60,032 nt of DNA, taken from a virus. Taxonomy: Duplodnaviria; Caudoviricetes. A program made the translations under genes and the position numbers. The DNA lies in IMG/VR virus record IMGVR_UViG_3300048080_000210, positions 1 to 60,032 of that record; one strand, written 5' to 3'. Below the pieces are notes generated by a model. It was not told the origin of the DNA, did not search any database, and saw nothing but the letters and a program-made list of their open reading frames with translations. Below are positions 9,676 through 18,006 of the stretch, piece after piece (the stretch's first letter is position 1; the number at the start of each line of letters is the position of its first letter).

Positions 9676-10013
9676 GGGTGCGGGTCCCTCCCGTGCACGC
9701 GCATCCGTGCGCGCGCCCGCACGATGACTCGGCGCCGAGCCTCACGCAGCACGCGCTCCGAGCCGATGCGGCGCTCGAGCTCCTCGAGTGATGGCACGCG
9801 CGCGAAGACGTGGGAGCCTTTGAGCCGGTCGCAGCGGGCGCAGGCGAAGACCATGTTTCCGCGCCGGTTGGTACCACCCTTGGAAAGCGGGAACCAGTGG
9901 TCCAGCACGCCATCGGCGCGTGGCGTTAGCTGTTTGCAGTAGAGGCAGCGGCCGTCCTGTTCACGGTGGCGCTGCTCGAGGAGCGCCGGGTCCCGTTGTT
10001 TCCGGCGACTCAT
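9672..10013 (-). CDS. HNH endonuclease
   Basis: CLYC...LDHWFPLSKGGTN...NMVFACARCDRLKG. Confidence 0.85.
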   Translation of the reverse strand: MSRRKQRDPALLEQRHREQDGRCLYCKQLTPRADGVLDHWFPLSKGGTNRRGNMVFACARCDRLKGSHVFARVPSLEELERRIGSERVLREARRRVIVRARARMRVHGRDPHP

Positions 10014-10828
10014 TCGCGCTCCTGGCGCGCGGTTACCTCCTCCACCGTCACCTTCTCGATTGCATCCTTGGCGATGCGCACCGCCTCGAGCACTTCCACG
10101 AGGCGGCCCTCCGTGATCCGCAGTGCGCCCACTGCGCCGGCTGCCTTGCGGCCACGCAAGGCCGCGACGGCAGCGCCGAGCTTCTCGCCCACGTCCTGTT
10201 CCCAGCTCGAGAACGCGATGCCGGAGGCTTGCTCGAAGCGTTGGCGGTCGCGCCGGAGCTCCTGGGCCTCCGCTCGGGCGGCGGCCACGTCCCGCGCCGC
10301 CTGTTCCTTGCCCAGCTTGTAGCCCTCGGCGTACCTCGCCTCCTCGCGCGCACGGCGCGCCGTGCCCTCGGCGTCCTCGTGGCGTCGGAGGAGGTTGGCC
10401 ACGAGGTAGCGGTCCACGAGCGCCTCGTGGCGGCGCGGCTTGCGCACCTCGCGCAGCGTCTTCTCGCCGCGAAGCACGAGCAAGCCCCAGGATTCCGGCA
10501 CCATGGAGCCGAGGGCCTGCACCTCGAGCTCGGCCGGCACCGCCAGGTACCAGAGGTCGCAGCGTCGATAGAGTCCGTCCGCCTTCGCCTGGTTGGAGAG
10601 CTCGCGGCGGAGGTCCTCCTCCGTGGCTTTGACTTCGATCCCGATCAGGAGGCACCCACGGGAGGCCCAGAGCCCCACCGCGAGCGCGTCGAACCGACGG
10701 TGTACGCCCGGGGGTTCAAACTCCTCCACGAGCGCGTAGCCGTAGCGCCCGCAGAAGCGCAGGCGCAGCGCCTCGAAGATCCGGCTCGTCGTCTCCGAGG
10801 CGCTGCGTTGCCCCTTCGTCGCTGCCAC
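10010..10828 (-). CDS. PD-(D/E)XK nuclease-like protein (MmcB-like)
   Basis: RRFDALAV...GIEVKATEEDLRREL...CDLWYLAVP...WGLL, then a coiled coil. Confidence 0.7.
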   Translation of the reverse strand: MAATKGQRSASETTSRIFEALRLRFCGRYGYALVEEFEPPGVHRRFDALAVGLWASRGCLLIGIEVKATEEDLRRELSNQAKADGLYRRCDLWYLAVPAELEVQALGSMVPESWGLLVLRGEKTLREVRKPRRHEALVDRYLVANLLRRHEDAEGTARRAREEARYAEGYKLGKEQAARDVAAARAEAQELRRDRQRFEQASGIAFSSWEQDVGEKLGAAVAALRGRKAAGAVGALRITEGRLVEVLEAVRIAKDAIEKVTVEEVTARQERE

Positions 10829-10831
10829 CTA

Positions 10832-11428
10832 CTACTGCGCCCGCCACACGTTCTCAGAGACAGCGAGGTGCGCTGCCGGCACCGGCACGGTGCAGCCGCC
10901 GCCGATGTCGAGCGCGAGCCCGTAGAACGCGAGGCCCGACACAGGGTAGTCGCCCGGCGTCTCGGTCAGGATCGCGAACTCGGTTTTCATGAGCTCGTGG
11001 TCGAGGTTCCCGAACGTCCCGCCGTCCGTTTTCCAGACGACGATCTTCACCTCGCCGGGAGCCGGCACCTCGCACGTGAACGCCACGTTCTCCTCGTGCC
11101 CGGGGTTCACCGTCTCGCGGCAATCCACGAGCTCGAAGGCGTCGCCGTCGAAGGCGAAGGTCGCGTCAACGAGGCACATCGTCCCGAAGTACGCGAAGCC
11201 GTCGTCCTCGGCGTAGCGCAGGTTCACGCGCTCGGTCGCATCGGAGAGCTCCACGTCCTCGGCATCGTGTCCGAGCTGGAGCCAGGCGAACGCGGTCGGC
11301 GCCGGCTCGCGGTTCACCCGGTTGTGCTCGTGATACTTGCAGTTGTTGTGACCCATGAGGGCCACCATGGCGCACGCCAGCGCAACCAGGAAGTGTCGTC
11401 CGTGTCTTGTCGTCATCGCTTGCCTCAT
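10832..11428 (-). CDS. Putative secreted protein/lipoprotein
   Basis: Hydrophobic N-terminus followed by Cys; acidic beta-rich body. Confidence 0.55.
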   Translation of the reverse strand: MRQAMTTRHGRHFLVALACAMVALMGHNNCKYHEHNRVNREPAPTAFAWLQLGHDAEDVELSDATERVNLRYAEDDGFAYFGTMCLVDATFAFDGDAFELVDCRETVNPGHEENVAFTCEVPAPGEVKIVVWKTDGGTFGNLDHELMKTEFAILTETPGDYPVSGLAFYGLALDIGGGCTVPVPAAHLAVSENVWRAQ

Positions 11429-11527
11429 CGCGCTCTCGGAGCGCGAAGGTGAAGGAGGAGCAGAGGCATCGCGTTCAACGGTGCCCCCGCTCCTCCCTGG
11501 GGTAGTTTCGGTTCCTTCTCTTGTCCA

Positions 11528-11782
11528 TCATGCAACCGCCGGACCTCCCGGCGGCTCTGAAGCCGGAGGCGCCGCGCTCGAGCGTGCTGCCTCCGGTTTC
11601 CTCGTCTCGTCTCGCGCTCCAGGAGCGCGATGCGTCACCGTCGGCACGAACTTCGCGGCGACCTTGAGGCACCGCGCGCAGCGGAGAGGCTGCGCCATCT
11701 TCGAGAGCGGCACCTTCTGATTCCAGAGGTAGCCGCAATCGTCGCACCGGAAACTGGCGATGCCGTGGGGATCGGCGCTCAC
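11528..11782 (-). CDS. Zn-ribbon protein
   Basis: CDDC...CARC; GTGA overlap. Confidence 0.5.
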   Translation of the reverse strand: MSADPHGIASFRCDDCGYLWNQKVPLSKMAQPLRCARCLKVAAKFVPTVTHRAPGARDETRKPEAARSSAAPPASEPPGGPAVA

Positions 11783-13143
11783 TTGAGCGGTTCCGCTACG
11801 ACACGCACCGCCGTCTTCTCCGTCAGGCGTTCCCACCGCCGCACGGCCACGTCGCACCACTTCGGGTCCACGTCGGCGGCGAGGCACCGGCGGCCGAGCT
11901 CTTCGGCGGCGATGAGCGTGGAGCCACTCCCGAGGAACAGGTCCACCACGGTTCCGCCCGGTTCCGTCGAGTTGTCGAGGAGCTCGCGGAGGAGCTCGAC
12001 CGGCTTCGCGGCGTTGTGCAGCCGGTCCGCGCCGGTCACGCGGTCGAAGCGTAGGATGTTGGACTTGAACACGGACCGCTGGCCCGTCTTCCGTTGGCCC
12101 GCCATCGCCTTGGTAGGCGGCATGTGCGCGAAGAAGCCGACGAGCTCGTAGGTGTTCGCGTAGTTGGAGCCGAGGCCCGCGCCGCCCTTATCCCACACCA
12201 GGAGGTTCTTGGGCTCGACGTGGAGCCCCTTCGCCTCCTCCCACCACGAGGGCCAGGAGCGCCAGTCGCAGAAAATGTAGATGTGGCCGAAGAGCCGGGT
12301 CACGCGCTCGGCGGCGCGCAGCGCCGACCGGAAGAAGGGCCGCACGATCTTGTCGTCGGTAATCTCCGACGAGAGCCCCGACGCGCTGCCGTAGATCGCG
12401 TAGGGCGGGTCCGTCACCACACAGTCGGCGCCGTTGGTCGGAATCACCGACGCCACGAGGTCCCCCTCGAGCGCGTTGGCGCACACGATCCGATGGAGAC
12501 CACACTCCCAGACATCGCCCGGTTGGGTCACCGGATCGGTCGGGAGCTCCTCGCGGTCATCTTCGGTCGCCGCACGAGATCGGACCTTGTGGCGCTCGAG
12601 GTCCGCGTCGAGGCCCGCGGTGATGGCGTCGAGCTGGGCCTGGGTGAAGCCGATCTCTTCGACGTTGGCGCCGAGGCTCTCGAGCTCGTCGCGCACGCGC
12701 TTCACGCCGTCGGGGTCGAAGTCCGCGCCGATCGCGTTGAGGCGGAGGTTCAACTTGAGCTCGAGCTCGCGGTCCACGTCCACCCACACGATCGGCAGCG
12801 CGGCCAGGCCCATTTCCTGGCCCACGAGCGCGCGCTGGTTCCCGCCCACGAGCACCGGCCGCGGGTCGCTCTTCTTCCACCCGAACTTCGGCGACCGGCG
12901 GTTCAAGACAAGGTCCTGGATGCAGCCGAACGGCTCGAGGAGCGAGGCCCGGAGCTGGGCCCTCATCTCGTCATCCATGGGTTTGCGGGGGTTGTAGGGT
13001 GCCCGGATGCGCGCGAGCTCCGCCGGCGCCATCACCGGGATCTCGCGCCAGATCCGGCCGCCGCAGCGCCCACAGGCCCGCAGGCGGGCCCCGGCGAAGA
13101 AGGCGCCGCAGCGGTCGCAGCGGTGGGCTACGTCGGCAGGCAT
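11779..13143 (-). CDS. ParB/Srx-like N-terminal domain fused to a DNA methyltransferase
   Basis: APYNPRK...LRASL..FG...LVGGNQR (ParB-like), then TDPPY, HNAAKP and VDLFLGSGSTL. Confidence 0.88.
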   Translation of the reverse strand: MPADVAHRCDRCGAFFAGARLRACGRCGGRIWREIPVMAPAELARIRAPYNPRKPMDDEMRAQLRASLLEPFGCIQDLVLNRRSPKFGWKKSDPRPVLVGGNQRALVGQEMGLAALPIVWVDVDRELELKLNLRLNAIGADFDPDGVKRVRDELESLGANVEEIGFTQAQLDAITAGLDADLERHKVRSRAATEDDREELPTDPVTQPGDVWECGLHRIVCANALEGDLVASVIPTNGADCVVTDPPYAIYGSASGLSSEITDDKIVRPFFRSALRAAERVTRLFGHIYIFCDWRSWPSWWEEAKGLHVEPKNLLVWDKGGAGLGSNYANTYELVGFFAHMPPTKAMAGQRKTGQRSVFKSNILRFDRVTGADRLHNAAKPVELLRELLDNSTEPGGTVVDLFLGSGSTLIAAEELGRRCLAADVDPKWCDVAVRRWERLTEKTAVRVVAEPLK

Positions 13144-13515
13144 CCGCCGCCCGATCGCACGGCGCCACGCGCGGTGGCGAGGAGCGCCGCGAGCTGGAGG
13201 TACTCCTCGAGCTCGGCCTCGTCCGACTCCAGGGAGCCGCCCGGCCGGAGCGCGCTCTTGACGCGCTTGGCGGCGCGGAGGCGCTCGAGGTGGAGGTGCA
13301 CGGCCACGTCGAGCATCGCGAGGTGGCCCGCGTTGAACGGTTGGGGCGAGAGCTCCGCGACGGCCTCGCGGGCGCACCGCTCCAGCCCGGGGCTCGAGTA
13401 GCTCCGCTCGAGGTTGCCGAAGGCCCGGGCATTGGCGATGAGCTCGAAGACGGCGCCGGGCGTGAGCGCGTCGCGCATGAGGAAGTAGAAGAAGGCGACC
13501 ATGGCTTCCGGCATG
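13128..13515 (-). CDS. Hypothetical protein
   Basis: ATG 13515 just after a TAGAAT -10-like hexamer (13522-13527). Confidence 0.55.
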
Positions 13516-13575
13516 GCGCCGATTCTACGATGGGGCGGGGGCGTAGGGGAAGCCCCACCGGGCGTCCTCCCGCGC

Positions 13576-13660
13576 AAGGTGGCTTTCTCCGCCTCGAGCG
13601 CGGTGGTGGCGTTTCGCGGGTGGGAAGCGTCCACCGCGAGCTTCAGCCGCAAGGTGGCCT
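13576..13660. repeat. 75-bp structured repeat unit, locus A
   Basis: AAGGTGGC at 13576 and 13651; aligns with the units at 14421-14585. Confidence 0.85.
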
Positions 13661-14292
13661 TACACGCCCGGCGACGGGTCCGGCTCGTGATCCTCGGGGC
13701 GGGGCTGGCGCGCCTCGCGGAGCGCCTCCCGGTAGTGGCGCCAGAGGGGGAGGGCCGCCTCGAGCCAGGCGCGATCGTGCGCCAGGTCCGCCGACTTCCG
13801 CAGCCAGAGGGTCGGGTCGAGCACGGGCGCCAGGGCCTCGGCTCGCGCCGCCCTTTCCAGGAGTAGCGGCAGATCGTGGGCGGCGAGCTCGTGGGCTGCC
13901 TTCCACACGTCCACCACCGCGGCGACCCATGCGGCCCCTCGCGATCCGGCGGCATGGGCGGGCGGCTCGCCGAGCCCGAGGGCCTCGTAGATCCGCGTCT
14001 CGAGCGCCGGCCACGCTTCCGGCCGGAGCTCCTGGAGCTCCTGGTGGGAGAGCCCGATCTGGCGCCCGCCAAGCGTCACGTCGTAGCCCTCCGGCTGGCT
14101 GCGGAAGCGCAGGGGCGTGCCCGGGTAGAGCTCGGCGGCTCTCGACTGGAGCGCCGCGAAGAGCTCGGCCAGGCGCCGCGCGGGCGCGTCCGCGTCCCAG
14201 GCGGCTCGCTCGGCATCGCGTCCGCGCTTCTGCGCTGCCACGTTGGCGGCCAGCCTTTGGCCGATCGGCGGTTCCGTGCTCATGCTTGGCAT
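13660..14292 (-). CDS. Hypothetical protein
   Basis: AGGAGG SD, typical codon style. Confidence 0.65.
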   Translation of the reverse strand: MPSMSTEPPIGQRLAANVAAQKRGRDAERAAWDADAPARRLAELFAALQSRAAELYPGTPLRFRSQPEGYDVTLGGRQIGLSHQELQELRPEAWPALETRIYEALGLGEPPAHAAGSRGAAWVAAVVDVWKAAHELAAHDLPLLLERAARAEALAPVLDPTLWLRKSADLAHDRAWLEAALPLWRHYREALREARQPRPEDHEPDPSPGV

Positions 14293-14335
14293 CCTCCTGA
14301 AGCTCGGCTAGGTTGCCGGCCGTCCTCGCTTATCG

Positions 14336-14824
14336 TCAACGCTCGGGCCTGGGAGGTGCAACGCCACCCGGGCCCGAGCCTTTCCGAGCCTTGCCCCCAG
14401 CCGAGCCCCTCGCCTGCCCCAAGGTGGCTTTCTCCTCCCGGAGAGCGGTGGCGGCGTTTCGCACATGGGAAGCGCCCACCGCTCGTTTCAGCCGCAAAGT
14501 GGCTTTCTCCGCCGCGCGCACGGTGGCAGCGTTTCGCGAGCGGGAAGCCTCCACGATGCGCCGCAGCCGCAAGGTGGCTTTCTCCGAGCCGTCGCGGGTG
14601 TAGTGCGGGCGGGGTCCAGCGGGGCGCCCGGTCAGGTAGCCGAAGCCTTCGGCCACGGCGAGCCATCGCTGGGCCGTGCGGAGGTGGCACTCGAGCGCCT
14701 CGGCCACTTCGCGTGCGATCACGGGCGCCCCCGGTCGATAGCCGGCCAGCAGGTCGAGCAACGCGATGGCGTCCGCGAAGTTGCGCATCCGCCGGGCCTC
14801 TCGCACTCGAGGTGCGCCGCTCAC
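14336..14824 (-). CDS. HTH DNA-binding protein whose C-terminus runs through the 75-bp repeats
   Basis: AREVAEALECHLRTAQRWL HTH-like segment; EKATL three times. Confidence 0.55.
   Translation of the reverse strand: MSGAPRVREARRMRNFADAIALLDLLAGYRPGAPVIAREVAEALECHLRTAQRWLAVAEGFGYLTGRPAGPRPHYTRDGSEKATLRLRRIVEASRSRNAATVRAAEKATLRLKRAVGASHVRNAATALREEKATLGQARGSAGGKARKGSGPGGVAPPRPER
14421..14585. repeat. 75-bp structured tandem repeat, locus B (2.2 units)
   Basis: AA(G/A)GTGGCTTTCTCC at 14421, 14496 and 14571. Confidence 0.9.
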
Positions 14825-15420
14825 CGGAGCGGCTCCCCGGGCGCCACCGGCACTTCCTCCTTGAGCCAGCGGATGCCCTCACGCGGCGCCGGAGGCCATG
14901 CCACCACGAACCGCCACCACCAGTAGCGGGTGGCGGCCGCGTAGAGCTTGTCGCGGGCGCCCTCCCGGTACCACGGCTCCCAGGCGCCCGTCTTCCGGTT
15001 GTGCCGCCCGCCCTTGACCTCGTGGTACTCCACCTCGACCACGGCGCCGGCTTCGAGAACGGCGGACACCTGGGGGGTCAGAACGAGGAAGTCCGGCCGG
15101 TAGCTCAGCCCGGCGCCCAGGAAGAGCGAGCCGGGCTGGAAGCGGTAGGTCAGGATGTCGCCGGACAGGCGCAGGCGCTCGAGGTGCTCGGCGTAGCGCC
15201 GCTCGGTCTGGCTCATGCCGTCGGCCAGGAGCCGCGCGAGGGAACGCACCCGGGCCCTTTTCAGAGGTCGGTAGAAACCGGCCGCCTCGCGCTCTTGGCG
15301 CGCGACGGGGTGCGGCTTCCAAGGCGAGCGAGGGCAGCCCGGCTGGTGGCCCTGATCCGCGCCGCACTGCCCGCACGTGGCATCGCTCAAGTGCTCGCCT
15401 CGGATGCGGGCGCGCCCCAT
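14821..15420 (-). CDS. DUF1064-like PD-(D/E)XK endonuclease
   Basis: SQTERRYAEHL...YRPDFLV...EVKG. Confidence 0.75.
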   Translation of the reverse strand: MGRARIRGEHLSDATCGQCGADQGHQPGCPRSPWKPHPVARQEREAAGFYRPLKRARVRSLARLLADGMSQTERRYAEHLERLRLSGDILTYRFQPGSLFLGAGLSYRPDFLVLTPQVSAVLEAGAVVEVEYHEVKGGRHNRKTGAWEPWYREGARDKLYAAATRYWWWRFVVAWPPAPREGIRWLKEEVPVAPGEPLR

Positions 15421-15647
15421 ACACGGCGGAGGTGCGGCAGGAGCTCAGTGACGGCCTGGGCCAGCGCCGGGTCCTCGGCCAGGAGGCGCTCGAGGTGCTC
15501 GCGCAGGCCCTCCTCCACCAGGCGGCACATCGGCACGCGCCGGAGCATCGCGACCACGCGGGCACGGTCGAGGAGCTCCACGCTGAAGCGGAACGTCGCC
15601 GCCTGCTGGGGCGGCCCCTTGGCGTGTCCTCTGCGTCGGCCGGTCAT
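15387..15647 (-). CDS. Ribbon-helix-helix (Arc/CopG-like) regulator
   Basis: ATFRFSVELLDRARVVA...MCRLVEEGLREHL. Confidence 0.65.
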   Translation of the reverse strand: MTGRRRGHAKGPPQQAATFRFSVELLDRARVVAMLRRVPMCRLVEEGLREHLERLLAEDPALAQAVTELLPHLRRVWGAPASEAST

Positions 15648-16081
15648 GGGAGCGCGACCACTTCGGCGAGCTCGTCGGAGGTGGGCTCCTCGTCTGCCGT
15701 CGCCCGAGCTGCTCGCGCCGCCCTGGCTCGGCGTTTCTGCGCGGGATCGGACCCTTGCGGGTGGATGGGGTTCGGCTCCGGCTCTGCGATGGCGAGCGCC
15801 ACGGCGTCCTCGAGCCACTCGAGGCACTCGAGGGCGGCGTCGCGGGCGCATTCGCACTGGAGGCGCCAGGCGTGCTGGGGGGCGAAGCCGAAGTCCGCGA
15901 GAATCGCGCTGCCCGCTTCGAGGCGGCGGTGGGCGGTCTGCACCCGGGCTTGTGTCGCCTTGAGCCAGGCGAGGTGGGCAGGCGGGCGGGTCGGCACGCG
16001 GGGCCACGGGGCCCGCTTCGGCTTCTTCCTCGCGCTCTCGGAGCGCGACAGCCCCGGCTTGGCTTTCGTCTTCCCGATCAC
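15644..16081 (-). CDS. Hypothetical protein
   Basis: Coupled overlaps. Confidence 0.45.
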   Translation of the reverse strand: MIGKTKAKPGLSRSESARKKPKRAPWPRVPTRPPAHLAWLKATQARVQTAHRRLEAGSAILADFGFAPQHAWRLQCECARDAALECLEWLEDAVALAIAEPEPNPIHPQGSDPAQKRRARAARAARATADEEPTSDELAEVVALP

Positions 16082-16383
16082 CACGACACCGGCGGCTCGG
16101 TAGACGGCTGGGAGTGCGCCGCCAGCCGGTCCTCGAGCGCGGTCGCGCGCGCTTCGAGCGTCTCGAGGCGCTGCGCGGTCACCTGGGCCAGGAGCGCCAG
16201 GTCGCACTTCTCGAGGCGCTCGACCAGCTTCTCGAGGCGTCGGACCTCGGCGCGCGTGTGGGTGAACGCGGTGGCCAGCAGGCGCGCGAAGTCTTCGACG
16301 GGTCCCCGAGCGGCGCGGGTCAGAGCCCCCCGGAGGCTCTCGAAGTCTTCGAGGTGGGGGTTCGGTGCAGCTTCGGTCGTCAT
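16078..16383 (-). CDS. Coiled-coil hypothetical protein
   Basis: ATG 16383 with GAGG SD. Confidence 0.55.
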   Translation of the reverse strand: MTTEAAPNPHLEDFESLRGALTRAARGPVEDFARLLATAFTHTRAEVRRLEKLVERLEKCDLALLAQVTAQRLETLEARATALEDRLAAHSQPSTEPPVSW

Positions 16384-16889
16384 GTCCTCTTGCTCCTTCG
16401 GTTTTTTCGTTCTTCGATGCGCTGGTGTTCGGCCAGGTAGGCGTCGAGCTCGCGGCTGGGGCAGCGCCACTCGAGGCCCTGCCACGTGACGAGGTGCCCC
16501 TCGAAGGGCAGCCGCCCGTGCACCAGCTCGAGGAAGGCGACGAGCTCGGCGCCAGGAGCGCGATCGTTTCGCGCTCCAGGAGCGCGATCGTCGAAGCCGT
16601 CCCGGCGCGCCATCGCGTCGAGGTCCTCTTCGAGCCACGCGCCGCCCGTCCGCACGTAGAGCCGCGGGCCCGATGCTCCAGGAGCGCAAGGTTCGACGCG
16701 CACACGCGCGACGCTGTGCGCGGGCGCCTCGCCGATCTTGACACACCGCGGCGTGCGCCAGCCGGCGAACATGGAGATCCTGGTGCCCGCCTCGAAGGGG
16801 TGACGGAACCGCAAGGGCCGGATGGTCTGCCGCTTCCGGCCCTCCCACACGGCGACCACGAACCGATGCTGGAAGCCCACCGCCGGCAC
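16380..16889 (-). CDS. ASCH/PUA-like domain protein
   Basis: GFQHRFVVAVWEGRKRQTIR...ARRDGF. Confidence 0.75.
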   Translation of the reverse strand: MPAVGFQHRFVVAVWEGRKRQTIRPLRFRHPFEAGTRISMFAGWRTPRCVKIGEAPAHSVARVRVEPCAPGASGPRLYVRTGGAWLEEDLDAMARRDGFDDRAPGARNDRAPGAELVAFLELVHGRLPFEGHLVTWQGLEWRCPSRELDAYLAEHQRIEERKNRRSKRT

Positions 16890-17091
16890 TAGCTCGCGCT
16901 CCTGGTGGGTCGCGTTCCAGGAACGCGAGGCACTCGGCCTTCCGCCACTTCCTGACGCATCGCGTCGTAGCAGGCTGGGTGGTAGTAGGCCCAGATCGCC
17001 GTGATGATGGTCGGTCCGGGCTCCCCGCAGCGGGTGCAGACGTGCTGGGCCGCGTCTGCGGCGTCCAGCTCCTCGTCGGTGACGCTGCGCG

Positions 17092-17439
17092 TCATTGGTG
17101 TCTCACCGTCCGGCCCTCGGCCAACGCGAAGAGCTGCTGGACCTCCCGCACGTGGAGCGGCGCGCCGAGCTCCGCGCACAGCGCCACCACCTCGAGCACG
17201 AGCGCGTGCGCGGTGACCACGAGCAGGCGGCGGTACTCGGCGGTGACGCCGCCGAGACGCTCCTGGAACGAGACGGGCCCGACTTCGGAAAGCTGAGCGG
17301 CGACGAGCTGGTGTGCGACGAGCGCGCCCACCTGCGCGGTGAAACCCGCGGCCGCGGCTCCCACGGTGTCAATAACCTGACAGTAGGCGGAGGGGTCCGG
17401 GAGTTGGTCGCGAGGGTCGGAAGGCCCACGTTCGCTCAC
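17092..17439 (-). CDS. Hypothetical protein
   Basis: ORF track, operon position. Confidence 0.5.
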   Translation of the reverse strand: MSERGPSDPRDQLPDPSAYCQVIDTVGAAAAGFTAQVGALVAHQLVAAQLSEVGPVSFQERLGGVTAEYRRLLVVTAHALVLEVVALCAELGAPLHVREVQQLFALAEGRTVRHQ

Positions 17440-17442
17440 GTT

Positions 17443-18006
17443 CTACGATCTCCCGGCCGGAGGCTCTGTGCCACGGCTATCGACGCCCGAACGCAAGGCA
17501 CCCGGCTTTCCGGGCGCCAGCCGCCAGCCTTTCGGGCGACCGATGCCCGTTTCTGCGGATCTCGCGGCCGATCTCAGGAAGCCGGCGATCACCGCCCAGA
17601 CGAGGGTGACCCCGGGGCCCGTCGAGGTGGCGCGGGCGTCGAGCTCGGCGGCGTGGGCGCGGAGCTCCGCCGGCGTCATCGTGTCGCGCTCGAGGCGTCG
17701 GAGCTCCGCCGCCTCCTCCTGCGCGCGGATGCGTTCGGCGACGCGCACGGCGCGTGCGCGCGCGGCCTCGCGGATGTCGGCTGGGGTGGGGCAGGATCGC
17801 CCGTACTCCTGCGTCCACGTTCGGGAAAGGTCCACCACGGCAGCCTCGAGCGCCTCGTCCGGGAGGTCCTCGAGCGCGGCGAGGTAGACGCGGAGCACGG
17901 TCACCAGGTCCCCCCGTTCGCCCTTGGGCGTGAAGATCGCCAGGAGCGCGCCGAGCGCGGCGGCGCGGCGGGGGCGGGAGCCTCGCGCGGGGGCTCGGCT
18001 CGTCAC
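17443..18006 (-). CDS. Putative helicase loader / replication protein P-like
   Basis: YLAALEDLP..ALEAAV...PTPADIRE, directly after the initiator. Confidence 0.6.
   Translation of the reverse strand: MTSRAPARGSRPRRAAALGALLAIFTPKGERGDLVTVLRVYLAALEDLPDEALEAAVVDLSRTWTQEYGRSCPTPADIREAARARAVRVAERIRAQEEAAELRRLERDTMTPAELRAHAAELDARATSTGPGVTLVWAVIAGFLRSAARSAETGIGRPKGWRLAPGKPGALRSGVDSRGTEPPAGRS

Noticed and set aside
14331-14360. GACGATAA upstream of gene 13660..14292 as another sigma28 promoter
   Set aside because: No convincing -35 element at 14-15 nt spacing
13576-14585. 75-bp repeats as a CRISPR array or integron attC sites
   Set aside because: The intervening sequences are homologous rather than unique spacers; no cas or intI gene and no RYYYAAC/GTTRRRY ends
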